Position numbers and translations under genes: made by a program
The notes under the pieces: generated by a model
Seen by the model: the letters and a program-made list of their open reading frames with translations, nothing else
Database searches by the model: none
What the model was told of the DNA's origin: nothing
Shown here: one piece after another, positions 48,633 to 56,902 of the stretch
Position numbering within the stretch: the stretch's first letter is position 1
How the letters are laid out: every line of letters starts with the position of its first letter
DNA from: Vulcanimicrobiota bacterium
GTDB taxonomy: Bacteria; Vulcanimicrobiota; Vulcanimicrobiia; Vulcanimicrobiales; Vulcanimicrobiaceae
Length of the DNA stretch: 64,000 bases
NCBI GenBank assembly: GCA_963695225.1
Contig: OY968762.1
Location: forward strand, 2,848,001-2,912,000
Reading direction: 5' to 3'

Positions 48633-50353
48633 CCCGCCTCGCGCGGCTCGAAATCGAAGCGTACGGCCTGATCGAGCGGGCCGAGGTTGCGTTCGCGCCC
48701 GGCTGCACGGCGTTCACGGGCGAGACGGGCTCCGGGAAGACGATGCTCGTCGGCGCGCTGGGCTTCGTGCTCGGCGCGCGAACCTCGGGCGACGTCGTGC
48801 GCGCCGGGGCTGCGCGCGCGCGCGTCGCGCTCGAAATCGACGACGTCGATGCCGCTTTGCGCGAGCGCTTTGCGGCCGAAGGTTTCGACGTGGAGCCGAA
48901 CGAGGGCGCGATCTTCGTGCGCGAGCTTTCGGCCGCGGGGAAATCGAGCGCGCGCATCAACGGGCGCGCCGCGACGACGGCGCAATTGCGGGCGTTCGGC
49001 GAAGCGCTCGTCGATTTCGTCGGCCAGCACGAACAGCAGCGCTTGCTAGCGGCGAGCTATCAGCTCGACGTGCTCGATCGCTACGCGGGGGAGGCTGCGC
49101 TCGCGGCGCGCGCGCGGGTCGCGGCGGCGCACGACGTGGCGCTCGGGCTGGAACGGGAGACGCGCGAGCTCGAAGAGAGCGAGGGGCGCGCGCTCGCCGA
49201 AGTCGAGTTCGCGCGGTTCGCGCTCGCGGAGATCGAGCGCGTGAAGCCGGCCCTCGGCGAGGACGAGGAACTGCGCGAACGGCGCGATTTCCTGGCGAAC
49301 GTCGAGCGCATCGCGAGCGCGCTCGCGCAGGCGCACGCGGCGCTCGTCGAAAGCGAGGGCGCGGCCGTCGAAGCGCTCGGGAACGCGGCGGCGCTCGTCC
49401 GCCCGCTCGCGCGGTACGGTTCCGCCTTCGCCGCCGCCGCCGGCCGGATCGCGGCGCTGCAGACGGAGGCGACGGACGTCGCCGCCGCGCTCGCGCTCGA
49501 AATCGAACGCGCGGAATTCGATCCGGCGGAGAGCGAGGCGGTCGGCGAACGGCTCGACGCGCTCGAACGGCTGAAGAAGAAGTGCGGCGGCTCGCTCGCC
49601 GCCGTGCTCGCCGCGCGCGACGAATTCGCCGCGACGATCGAACGCTTCGCCTCGCGCGACGAAGTGCTCGCGAGGCTGCGCGCCGAGCGGGCGCGCGCTC
49701 GAACCGTCCGCGACGAAGCCGCGAGCCGCCTGGCTGCGCTGCGCGCGGAGGCCGCGCGGCGGCTCGAAGACGCGGTCGCGGCCGAACTCGACGCGCTCGC
49801 GATGCGGGCCGCGCGCTTCGAGGTCGCGTTCGCGCCGCTGGAGGCGTGCGGCCCGGCGGGGACGGAGCGCTGCGAGTTTCTGCTCGCGCCGAACCCCGGA
49901 GAGCCGGCGCGTCCGCTCGCGAAGACGGCCTCCGGCGGCGAGCTTTCGCGCGTGTTGCTCGCGCTCGTCGCGGTGCTCGCCGACCGGCGCGAGCGCTCGA
50001 CGCTCGTCTTCGACGAGATCGATGCGGGCGTCGGCGGCGCGACGGCGGTTGCGGTGGGCGTGCGCCTGGGAGCGCTCGCGCGCGCGGCGCAGCTCGTCTG
50101 CGTGACGCATCTCGCGCAGATCGCCGCCTGGGGCGATCGGCATTACGCGCTGTGGAAGACGGGCGACGGAGACGCGACGCAGATCGAACTGGTCGCGCTG
50201 GAGACGGCGGACGCGGTCGAAGCCGAGATCGCGCGGATGCTCTCGGGTTCGACGGGCGACGTCGCGCGCCGCCACGCCGCGACGCTGCTCGGCGACGTGC
50301 GGCAGCGCAGGCGCGAGCTCCGGGAGCGCGCGCAAGAGCAGGCGCGAGCGTGA
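48629..50353 (+). CDS. recN: DNA repair protein RecN
   Basis: TGETGSGKT, ASGGELSR, FDEIDAGVGG and VTHLAQIAA motifs; tlyA-nadK-recN synteny. Confidence 0.95.
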   Translation: MTRLARLEIEAYGLIERAEVAFAPGCTAFTGETGSGKTMLVGALGFVLGARTSGDVVRAGAARARVALEIDDVDAALRERFAAEGFDVEPNEGAIFVRELSAAGKSSARINGRAATTAQLRAFGEALVDFVGQHEQQRLLAASYQLDVLDRYAGEAALAARARVAAAHDVALGLERETRELEESEGRALAEVEFARFALAEIERVKPALGEDEELRERRDFLANVERIASALAQAHAALVESEGAAVEALGNAAALVRPLARYGSAFAAAAGRIAALQTEATDVAAALALEIERAEFDPAESEAVGERLDALERLKKKCGGSLAAVLAARDEFAATIERFASRDEVLARLRAERARARTVRDEAASRLAALRAEAARRLEDAVAAELDALAMRAARFEVAFAPLEACGPAGTERCEFLLAPNPGEPARPLAKTASGGELSRVLLALVAVLADRRERSTLVFDEIDAGVGGATAVAVGVRLGALARAAQLVCVTHLAQIAAWGDRHYALWKTGDGDATQIELVALETADAVEAEIARMLSGSTGDVARRHAATLLGDVRQRRRELRERAQEQARA

Positions 50354-50357
50354 GCCG

Positions 50358-51443
50358 GTGAGCAAGCGGCGGTTGCTCGTGCTCGTCTCGCCGCGCGGCG
50401 ACGCGATGAAGCGCGACGTGCTGTGGCAGGCTTCGGCGCTGCGCGAGCATTACGAGCTGCGGTACGTCTCGCATGCGGACGAGGTCCCGGCCTACGCCGC
50501 GCTGGGCATCGCCGTCGACGAGTGGAATCCGATCGGGAACGGCGGCATCAAACGCGCGCTTGCGACCTTGCGCGGCGTGCTCGGTTCGTTCGCGCCGGAT
50601 ATCGTGCACGCGCACGGATTCAGCGCGATCTCGCTTGCGCTCGGCGCGCTCGCGGAACCGCTGCCCCACCGCACGATTGCGTTCTTCCACGATCTGCTGC
50701 GCGGCGAGGAACTGCCCGACAAGTTCGTGATCGAGCGCTTTCCGACGTTCCTGCGCCGGGCCGCGCACGTCGTCTGCGTGACGCCTTCGCTGGCGCGCTC
50801 GCTCGAGCGGACGCTCTCGCTCGATGCGGAGAGCATCGTCGTGATCCCGCACGGGATCGCGCCCTCGCTCGCAGGCGAATACGCGCGGCCGCCGCGCAGG
50901 CCCGGGCCCCTGCTCGGATGGTCCGGCAGATTGCGCGGCGAGCGTTCGTGGGGCGTCGCGATCGACGCGCTCGCGCTCGTGAAGAAAGCGCTCCCCGATG
51001 CGCGCCTCGCGATCGCCGGCGACGGACCGGCGAAGGAACTCGTCGAGTCGCATGCGAGCGATAAGCGCGTCACGGCGAAAGTCGATTTTCTAGGCGCCGT
51101 CACGAACGCCGCGCTCTTCGGCGGCATCGATCTGCTGCTCGTGCCGCGCTCGGATGACGCACAGCCGCACGCGCTCTTGGAAGCGCTCTCGTGGGGCATG
51201 CCGGTGATCGCCGGAAACGGCGGAGCGCTCGCCGACGCGTTGCACGCGTGCGAGGCGGGGCTGCTCGTCGAGGACGACGCGGCGGGTTTCGCGCGCGGCA
51301 TCACGGAGACGTGGCCGCGCATCGACGAAGCGTGGGAGCGCGCCGCTGGCCGCCGCGCGATCGCGCGCGAGCTCTACGCGCGCCAAACGGCGCTCGAAGC
51401 GATCCTCGCCCTCGACGCCTCGATCCTCAGCGCCGTCCCATGA
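50358..51443 (+). CDS. Glycosyltransferase family 4
   Basis: DIVHAH, IPHGI and LLEALSWGMPVI motifs. Confidence 0.82.
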   Translation: MSKRRLLVLVSPRGDAMKRDVLWQASALREHYELRYVSHADEVPAYAALGIAVDEWNPIGNGGIKRALATLRGVLGSFAPDIVHAHGFSAISLALGALAEPLPHRTIAFFHDLLRGEELPDKFVIERFPTFLRRAAHVVCVTPSLARSLERTLSLDAESIVVIPHGIAPSLAGEYARPPRRPGPLLGWSGRLRGERSWGVAIDALALVKKALPDARLAIAGDGPAKELVESHASDKRVTAKVDFLGAVTNAALFGGIDLLLVPRSDDAQPHALLEALSWGMPVIAGNGGALADALHACEAGLLVEDDAAGFARGITETWPRIDEAWERAAGRRAIARELYARQTALEAILALDASILSAVP

Positions 51444-51511
51444 TCGCGCGGGAAGGTACATTCCGGGCCACCTGACAAATAGGCGAGCCTCATCAAGACG
51501 AGGGAGGCCGC

Positions 51512-52852
51512 ATGGGTTCTCGCCGGATCCTCGCTCTGGTCGGCGGTTTCGCAGCCGCTGCGCTTGCCGGGTACTTCGCGTTCCGGCCGCCGGCGCAGCA
51601 GCAGCAGGCAACGCAAGTCGCGAGCGGTCCGATCGGCGCCGTCGAGCGCTTCTTCGTCCCCGATCCGCAGACGCTGTTCGGAAAACCCGCTCTTCGCGTT
51701 CTCCTCGTGGGCCTCGACTACGATTACGACTCGCTGGACCAAGAGACGTCCAAGCAGTCCCGCAGCGACATCATCATGGCCCTCAACCTCGATTTCCGCC
51801 GCAAGCGCGTCGCGGAGCTTTCCATCCCGCGCGACATGATCGCGACGCTGCCGAACGGCACGACGGCGAAGATCAATGAAGCGCAATCGGAAGGAGGCAT
51901 CCGCGAATCGCAAGCCGTCGTTTCGCAGTGGCTGGGGATTCCGGGATTCGACCGGTACATCGTGCTGCGCATCGATACGGCGAAGGATCTGGTGAACGCG
52001 CTCGGCGGCGTCGACATCGACGTCAAGAACTCGAATGCGCTGCGGGGAACGGGCAAGAACGGCCCGATCGATTACGAGGACCACTGGGGCCATCTTTCGA
52101 TCCACCTCAAACCGGGCATGCAACGGCTGGACGGGGAACGCGCCGTCGGGTACGCGCGCTTCCGGCACGACTGGTGCAGCGATCCGTGCCGCATCATGCG
52201 TCAGCAGCAGTTGATCCGCGCCGTGCTCGACCGGATCGAACGCAACCAATGGAACACGCTGGCGAGCGCGCAGCGGTTGCTCGGCGTCGTACGCAAGGAC
52301 GTGGATACGAACTTCACGATGCAAGAGGAACTCTCGACGGCCGTCGCCTTCTCGAACCTCGCCCCCAAAGACGTCGCAACGGCGCAGGTGCCGTATCTGC
52401 GCAACGTCGACTTGCCCGGCTACGGGGATTCGCTCGTCCCCGACGAGGCGGCGAAGCAGCGGCTCGTCGCCGCGGCGTTCCCGCCGCAGGACGAGGTCGC
52501 GGGCGAGGCGGAGCCCGCCGCCGCGGCCGGCTCGGCCGGCATCCGCATTCGCGTCGAGAACGGGACGACGGTCGTAGGCCTGGCCCACCGCGTTGCGGGG
52601 AATCTGCGGCGGCAGGGGTACACGATCGCGCACGTCGGCGACGCGCCGAGCCACGACGTCGCGGTGACGAGGATTCAAAGCGCCCAAGCCGGGCTCTCCG
52701 CCTCGTATCGCGTGCGCAGCGCGCTCGGCCCGGGTGCGACGGCGGCGCTGGTCGAGCCGGCCGCGCCCGCGGCCGGCGCCGCTGCGGACGCCGGCGAGGG
52801 GGCAGACGTGACGGTCATCCTCGGGAACGACATCGTCTCCGGCAAACGTTGA
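51512..52852 (+). CDS. LCP (LytR-CpsA-Psr) family protein with LytR_C domain
   Basis: RSDIIM, SIPRD, KINEA, YARFRH..D..R..RQQ, and C-terminal VENGT...GLA...DVTVILG. Confidence 0.92.
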   Translation: MGSRRILALVGGFAAAALAGYFAFRPPAQQQQATQVASGPIGAVERFFVPDPQTLFGKPALRVLLVGLDYDYDSLDQETSKQSRSDIIMALNLDFRRKRVAELSIPRDMIATLPNGTTAKINEAQSEGGIRESQAVVSQWLGIPGFDRYIVLRIDTAKDLVNALGGVDIDVKNSNALRGTGKNGPIDYEDHWGHLSIHLKPGMQRLDGERAVGYARFRHDWCSDPCRIMRQQQLIRAVLDRIERNQWNTLASAQRLLGVVRKDVDTNFTMQEELSTAVAFSNLAPKDVATAQVPYLRNVDLPGYGDSLVPDEAAKQRLVAAAFPPQDEVAGEAEPAAAAGSAGIRIRVENGTTVVGLAHRVAGNLRRQGYTIAHVGDAPSHDVAVTRIQSAQAGLSASYRVRSALGPGATAALVEPAAPAAGAAADAGEGADVTVILGNDIVSGKR

Positions 52853-52859
52853 ACGGAGC

Positions 52860-53204
52860 ATGATCGTCCTGCGGCCGCTCCTCGCCCTGATCGTCGCTCT
52901 GGCGATCGTGCCGCAGCCTGCGACGGCGATCGACCCGGGCTACGATATTTGGTTCGCGGGGCAGATCGTCTCCGTGGATTTCCGCCGCGGCATGCTCGTG
53001 ATCGCGCACGGGCCGACGCAGACCTCCGGGCCGGCGCTCGAAACCTGCAGGCTCGGCCGGAGTTCGTTGCAGCGCGTGCGCGCCGGCATGGAAATCGAGG
53101 CGCAAGCGGATACGCACCGCCGTCCGTGGACGATCCTGCACTTAAGGGTCTTCGAGATCACGCCTGTAAAGAAGAACCCGCTGCAGATCGCCCTGCGAGG
53201 GTGA
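52860..53204 (+). CDS. Small secreted OB-fold-like protein (CusF-like N-terminal pattern)
   Basis: Signal peptide followed by GQIVSVDFRRGMLVIAHGP. Confidence 0.55.
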   Translation: MIVLRPLLALIVALAIVPQPATAIDPGYDIWFAGQIVSVDFRRGMLVIAHGPTQTSGPALETCRLGRSSLQRVRAGMEIEAQADTHRRPWTILHLRVFEITPVKKNPLQIALRG

Positions 53205-53272
53205 CATTGCGGCTCGTCCATCGACGGGCGCAGGGACAACGGGACCGGGCGCCCGAACGCAAGCGGCACAAC

Positions 53273-54709
53273 ATGCAGAAGCACGCGCGGAAACGTACGA
53301 GGATCGTCGCGACGATCGGGCCGACCTCGCGCGATCCTGCGATGTTGCGCGAACTTTTCTCCGCCGGCGTCAACGTCGTCAGGCTGAACTTTTCGCACGG
53401 GAACCACGCGGAGTTCGCCGCGATCATCGCCGACGTCCGGCGGATCTCGAAGGAACTGGGCCTCCAGGTCGCGGTCCTGCAAGACCTGCCGGGACCGAAG
53501 GTTCGGGCTTCGGCGCTTGCCGACGGGCTCGACGTGATCCGGCTCGTCCCCGGGTCGCTCTTCGAACTGACGACGTCCCCGCAACTCGGGACGACCGCCG
53601 GGACGGGCGTCAACTACCCCGGCCTCGTCGACGACGTCGAGATCGGCAAGAAGATCTACCTCGCCGACGGCGCAATCGCGCTGCGGCTGCTCGAGAAGAC
53701 CGCGCCCGACCGCGTCGTGACGCGGGTCGAGGTCGGCGGGAATCTGCGCGGCAGGCAGGGCGTCAGCTACCCGGACGGTTCGCTGAACATCCCGGCCGTG
53801 ACCGACAAGGATTTCGAGCACCTCGCGTTCGGCGTCGAAGCGGCCGTCGATTGGGTCGCGATCTCGTTCGTGCGCTCGCCGGACGACGTCATCCGCGTCA
53901 AGCGCTTCATCCGGGAGCACGGCGCGGATATCCCGGTCGTGGCGAAGATCGAGAAGCACGAGGCGCTCGAGTGCATCGACGAGATCGTCGCCGTCGCGGA
54001 CGGGATCATGATCGCGCGCGGGGATCTCGGCATCGAGATTCCGCTCGAGCACGTCCCGCTCGTGCAGAAGGATCTCATCGCGCGGGCGAACCGCGCGGCG
54101 AAGCCGGTGATCACGGCGACGCAGATGCTCGAATCGATGATCTTCAATCCGCGCCCGACCCGCGCGGAGGCGAACGACGTCGCGAACGCGATCCTCGACG
54201 GGACGGACGCCGTGATGCTTTCCGGCGAGACGGCGCTCGGCGCGCATCCGCTCGAAGCCGTGCGAGTGATGGCGACGATCGCCCGCGAGGTCGAGGCGCA
54301 GTATCCGCACGAGGATCTGCGCGAGCGCCGGATGACCGGCGGGCACGTGACGGTCGAGACCTCGCTCAGCGAAGCGGCCGTGCGCAGCGCCGAGCAGCTC
54401 GGCCTCGAGTTCATCGTCACGGGGACCTCGACGGCGAACACCGCCCGCCTGATCTCCTCCTTTCGGCCGCGCCCGCGCATCCTGGCGATGACGCCGTTCC
54501 CCGCGATCGCCCGCCGCATGTCCCTGGTGTGGGGCGTCGAGGCGATGATCGTCCACAAGTACCGCCACTTCGAGCGCTTGATCGAGATCGCCGAAGCCCG
54601 GATGCTCCAGGAGGGCTTCGCGAAGAGCGGCGATCAGATCGCCATCACCTCCGGCATGCCGATCGGCGAAGGCGGCACGAACGTCCTGAAGATCCACCCC
54701 CTGCCGTAA
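53273..54709 (+). CDS. pyk: Pyruvate kinase
   Basis: RTRIVATIGP, RLNFSHG, AKIEK, MIARGDLG and ATQMLESM motifs. Confidence 0.97.
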   Translation: MQKHARKRTRIVATIGPTSRDPAMLRELFSAGVNVVRLNFSHGNHAEFAAIIADVRRISKELGLQVAVLQDLPGPKVRASALADGLDVIRLVPGSLFELTTSPQLGTTAGTGVNYPGLVDDVEIGKKIYLADGAIALRLLEKTAPDRVVTRVEVGGNLRGRQGVSYPDGSLNIPAVTDKDFEHLAFGVEAAVDWVAISFVRSPDDVIRVKRFIREHGADIPVVAKIEKHEALECIDEIVAVADGIMIARGDLGIEIPLEHVPLVQKDLIARANRAAKPVITATQMLESMIFNPRPTRAEANDVANAILDGTDAVMLSGETALGAHPLEAVRVMATIAREVEAQYPHEDLRERRMTGGHVTVETSLSEAAVRSAEQLGLEFIVTGTSTANTARLISSFRPRPRILAMTPFPAIARRMSLVWGVEAMIVHKYRHFERLIEIAEARMLQEGFAKSGDQIAITSGMPIGEGGTNVLKIHPLP

Positions 54710-54725
54710 CCCCCTTGCCCCCTGT

Positions 54726-54754
54726 TTGCGCGGGCGGGGGTTTTAGGGTAGAAT
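54726..54754 (+). promoter_or_regulatory. Sigma70 promoter of the rimP-nusA-infB operon, overlapping a pyk terminator-like hairpin
   Basis: TTGCGC-N17-TAGAAT. The hairpin CCCCTTGCCC...GGGCGGGGG followed by TTTT spans about 54711-54744. Confidence 0.7.
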
Positions 54755-54771
54755 GGGTGCGGTTAGTCAAT

Positions 54772-54796
54772 GAAGCGTGGGCGAGTCCCGCGCTTC
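54772..54796 (+). ncRNA. rimP leader hairpin
   Basis: GAAGCGTGGG-CGAGT-CCCGCGCTTC stem-loop with the GGG...CCC core, directly upstream of rimP as in the known rimP-leader element. Confidence 0.75.
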
Positions 54797-54825
54797 CTCG
54801 TTGTACGGGGTATTCTTCGCACTAC

Positions 54826-55329
54826 ATGGGATTGGTCGAGACGTTCGAACGGACGGCGCTGGGGCTGCCGTACGATCCGGCATTCGCCGACGTCGAAATC
54901 GTCACGCACGGTGCGCGCCGCCAAGGGCGCGTCACGCTGCTTTCGCTCGTGGTCGACCGGCCCAGCGGCGTCGACGTCGCGCTGTGCGAGCGCGTTGCGG
55001 CCCGGCTGAACGCGGCACTCGATGCGGAAACCGATCTGTATACGCTCGAGGTGGAATCGGCCGGGCTCGACCGGCCGCTCACGAAGCCGGGTGATTACGA
55101 GCGCTTTCGGGATTCCGCCGTGCGCGTGGTGACGACGCTGGCGGTCGGCGGCGCGAAGACGCACCGCGGCAAGCTGCTCGGCGTGCGCGAGACGAACGTG
55201 ATCCTCTTGACGCCCAAGGGAGAGCTTCCGCTCCCGCTGGCTTTGATCAAGTCGGCGAATCTGGAGTACGATATCCGGTCCGACCTGCGCCGCGAGAAAC
55301 AACAGAAACGAGAGAACCGCAAAGCATGA
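54826..55329 (+). CDS. rimP: Ribosome maturation factor RimP
   Basis: VDRPSGVDVALCERV and YTLEVESAGLDRPL motifs; precedes nusA. Confidence 0.93.
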   Translation: MGLVETFERTALGLPYDPAFADVEIVTHGARRQGRVTLLSLVVDRPSGVDVALCERVAARLNAALDAETDLYTLEVESAGLDRPLTKPGDYERFRDSAVRVVTTLAVGGAKTHRGKLLGVRETNVILLTPKGELPLPLALIKSANLEYDIRSDLRREKQQKRENRKA

Positions 55330-56546
55330 TCAACACGCAAGAACTGCAAGCCGCGCTCAAGGAGATCCAGGGCGAACGCTCGATTTCGTTCGAGTCGCTG
55401 CTGGAGGCGCTCGAAGCCGCGCTCATCTCGGCGTACAAGCGCAATTTCGGCGGCGAGGCGAACGCGATCGTCACGATCGACCGCGATACCGGCGAATACA
55501 AGGTCTACCACCGGCGCACGGTCGTCGATGAAGTGACCGATCCGAAGCTCGAGATCTCCAAGAAGGACGCGGGTTCGCGTTACGAGCCCGGCGACTTCTA
55601 CGACGAAGAGGTCACGCCGAAGAACTTCGGGCGCATCGCGGCCCAGACGGCGAAGCAGGTGATCGTCCAGCGCATTCGCGAGGCCGAGCGCGACACGATC
55701 TTCAACGAATACAACAACAAGCTGCACGACATCGTGATGGGCACCGTGCAGCGCTACGAGCAGCGCAACATGTACGTCGACCTCGGCAAGACCGAGGCGC
55801 TGCTTCCGCTTTCCGAGCAAGTGCCGCGCGAGAACTACCGCATCAACGATCGCATCCGAGCGTTCGTGCTCGACGTGCGCAAGAACAACAAGGGGCCGTT
55901 GATCGTCCTCTCGCGCGCGGCGGAAGGGCTCGTCCAGCGGCTGCTCGAGCAAGCCGTCCCGGAGATCAACGACAACATCGTCGAGATCATGGCGATCGCG
56001 CGCGAGCCGGGGAACCGTTCGAAGGTGGCCGTGCACTCGCACCGGGCCGACGTCGATGCGGTCGGCGCCTGCCTCGGGCCGAAATCGAGCCGCATCGCGG
56101 CCGTCTCCGACGAGCTGCGCGGCGAGAAGATCGACATCATCCGCTGGTCGCCCGACGCGGTCACGTTCATCACGAACGCGCTGCAGCCGGCGAAGGTCCT
56201 GGGCGTCGAATTGTTCGAGGACGAGGGCGTCGGGCTCGTGACCGTCCCGGATTATCAGCTTTCGCTCGCGATCGGACGCGAAGGGCAGAACGTGCGGCTC
56301 GCCGCCCGGCTGACCGGCTGGCGGCTCGACATCACGAGCGAGAGCGAGGCGGAGGAGACCCGGGCGGGCTACATCGCGGAGCGCGAAGCGCGGACCGCCG
56401 AACCCGCAGCGGTCGAAGCCGTCTCCGAGGCCGTCGAGGTCGAGGAGGGAGCGGAACCCGAAGAGGCGGCGGTCCCGGCGATCGATCCGGAACTGATCCG
56501 CAAGCTCGAGGAGTTCCGTCGCGAGAAGTTCGGGGGCGAAGGTTAG
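55326..56546 (+). CDS. nusA: Transcription termination/antitermination factor NusA
   Basis: [34 protein letters not shown] and [20 protein letters not shown] motifs. Confidence 0.98.
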   Translation: MINTQELQAALKEIQGERSISFESLLEALEAALISAYKRNFGGEANAIVTIDRDTGEYKVYHRRTVVDEVTDPKLEISKKDAGSRYEPGDFYDEEVTPKNFGRIAAQTAKQVIVQRIREAERDTIFNEYNNKLHDIVMGTVQRYEQRNMYVDLGKTEALLPLSEQVPRENYRINDRIRAFVLDVRKNNKGPLIVLSRAAEGLVQRLLEQAVPEINDNIVEIMAIAREPGNRSKVAVHSHRADVDAVGACLGPKSSRIAAVSDELRGEKIDIIRWSPDAVTFITNALQPAKVLGVELFEDEGVGLVTVPDYQLSLAIGREGQNVRLAARLTGWRLDITSESEAEETRAGYIAEREARTAEPAAVEAVSEAVEVEEGAEPEEAAVPAIDPELIRKLEEFRREKFGGEG

Positions 56547-56788
56547 CGATCGACCCCGTTCGCACGTGCGTCGCCTGCCGCGGCCGCTTTCCGCAACGTC
56601 TTCTGGTCCGCTTCGTCAACGGCGGCGGGGGCTGGGTATGCGATGTAGGAAGGCGGCGCGCGGCCGGGCGCGGCGCCTATCTCTGCTCGGCCGCGTGCGC
56701 GCGGCGGGTGGGCAAGAACAAACGCTTCGCCGGGCTCGCGGGCGCGGCGGCGGCGCACCGTTGGCCCGAGGCGGCACTTTCCCCGTGA
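56543..56788 (+). CDS. ylxR: YlxR (DUF448) family RNA-binding protein, no canonical start codon seen
   Basis: Not in the ORF track. The frame reads [13 protein letters not shown]...LLVRFV...GRGAYLC...C; expected position between nusA and infB. Confidence 0.88.
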   Translation, partial: LAIDPVRTCVACRGRFPQRLLVRFVNGGGGWVCDVGRRRAAGRGAYLCSAACARRVGKNKRFAGLAGAAAAHRWPEAALSP

Positions 56789-56902
56789 CGCGCCGCACGG
56801 TATGATGGGGTGGTTCCCCCAGGCGACCGGAGTGCTCTCCATGAACTAGCGCAGGTTCGCTCGAACCAATTCCTTGGTTCGAGTGTTTGATAAAAGGACG
56901 AT

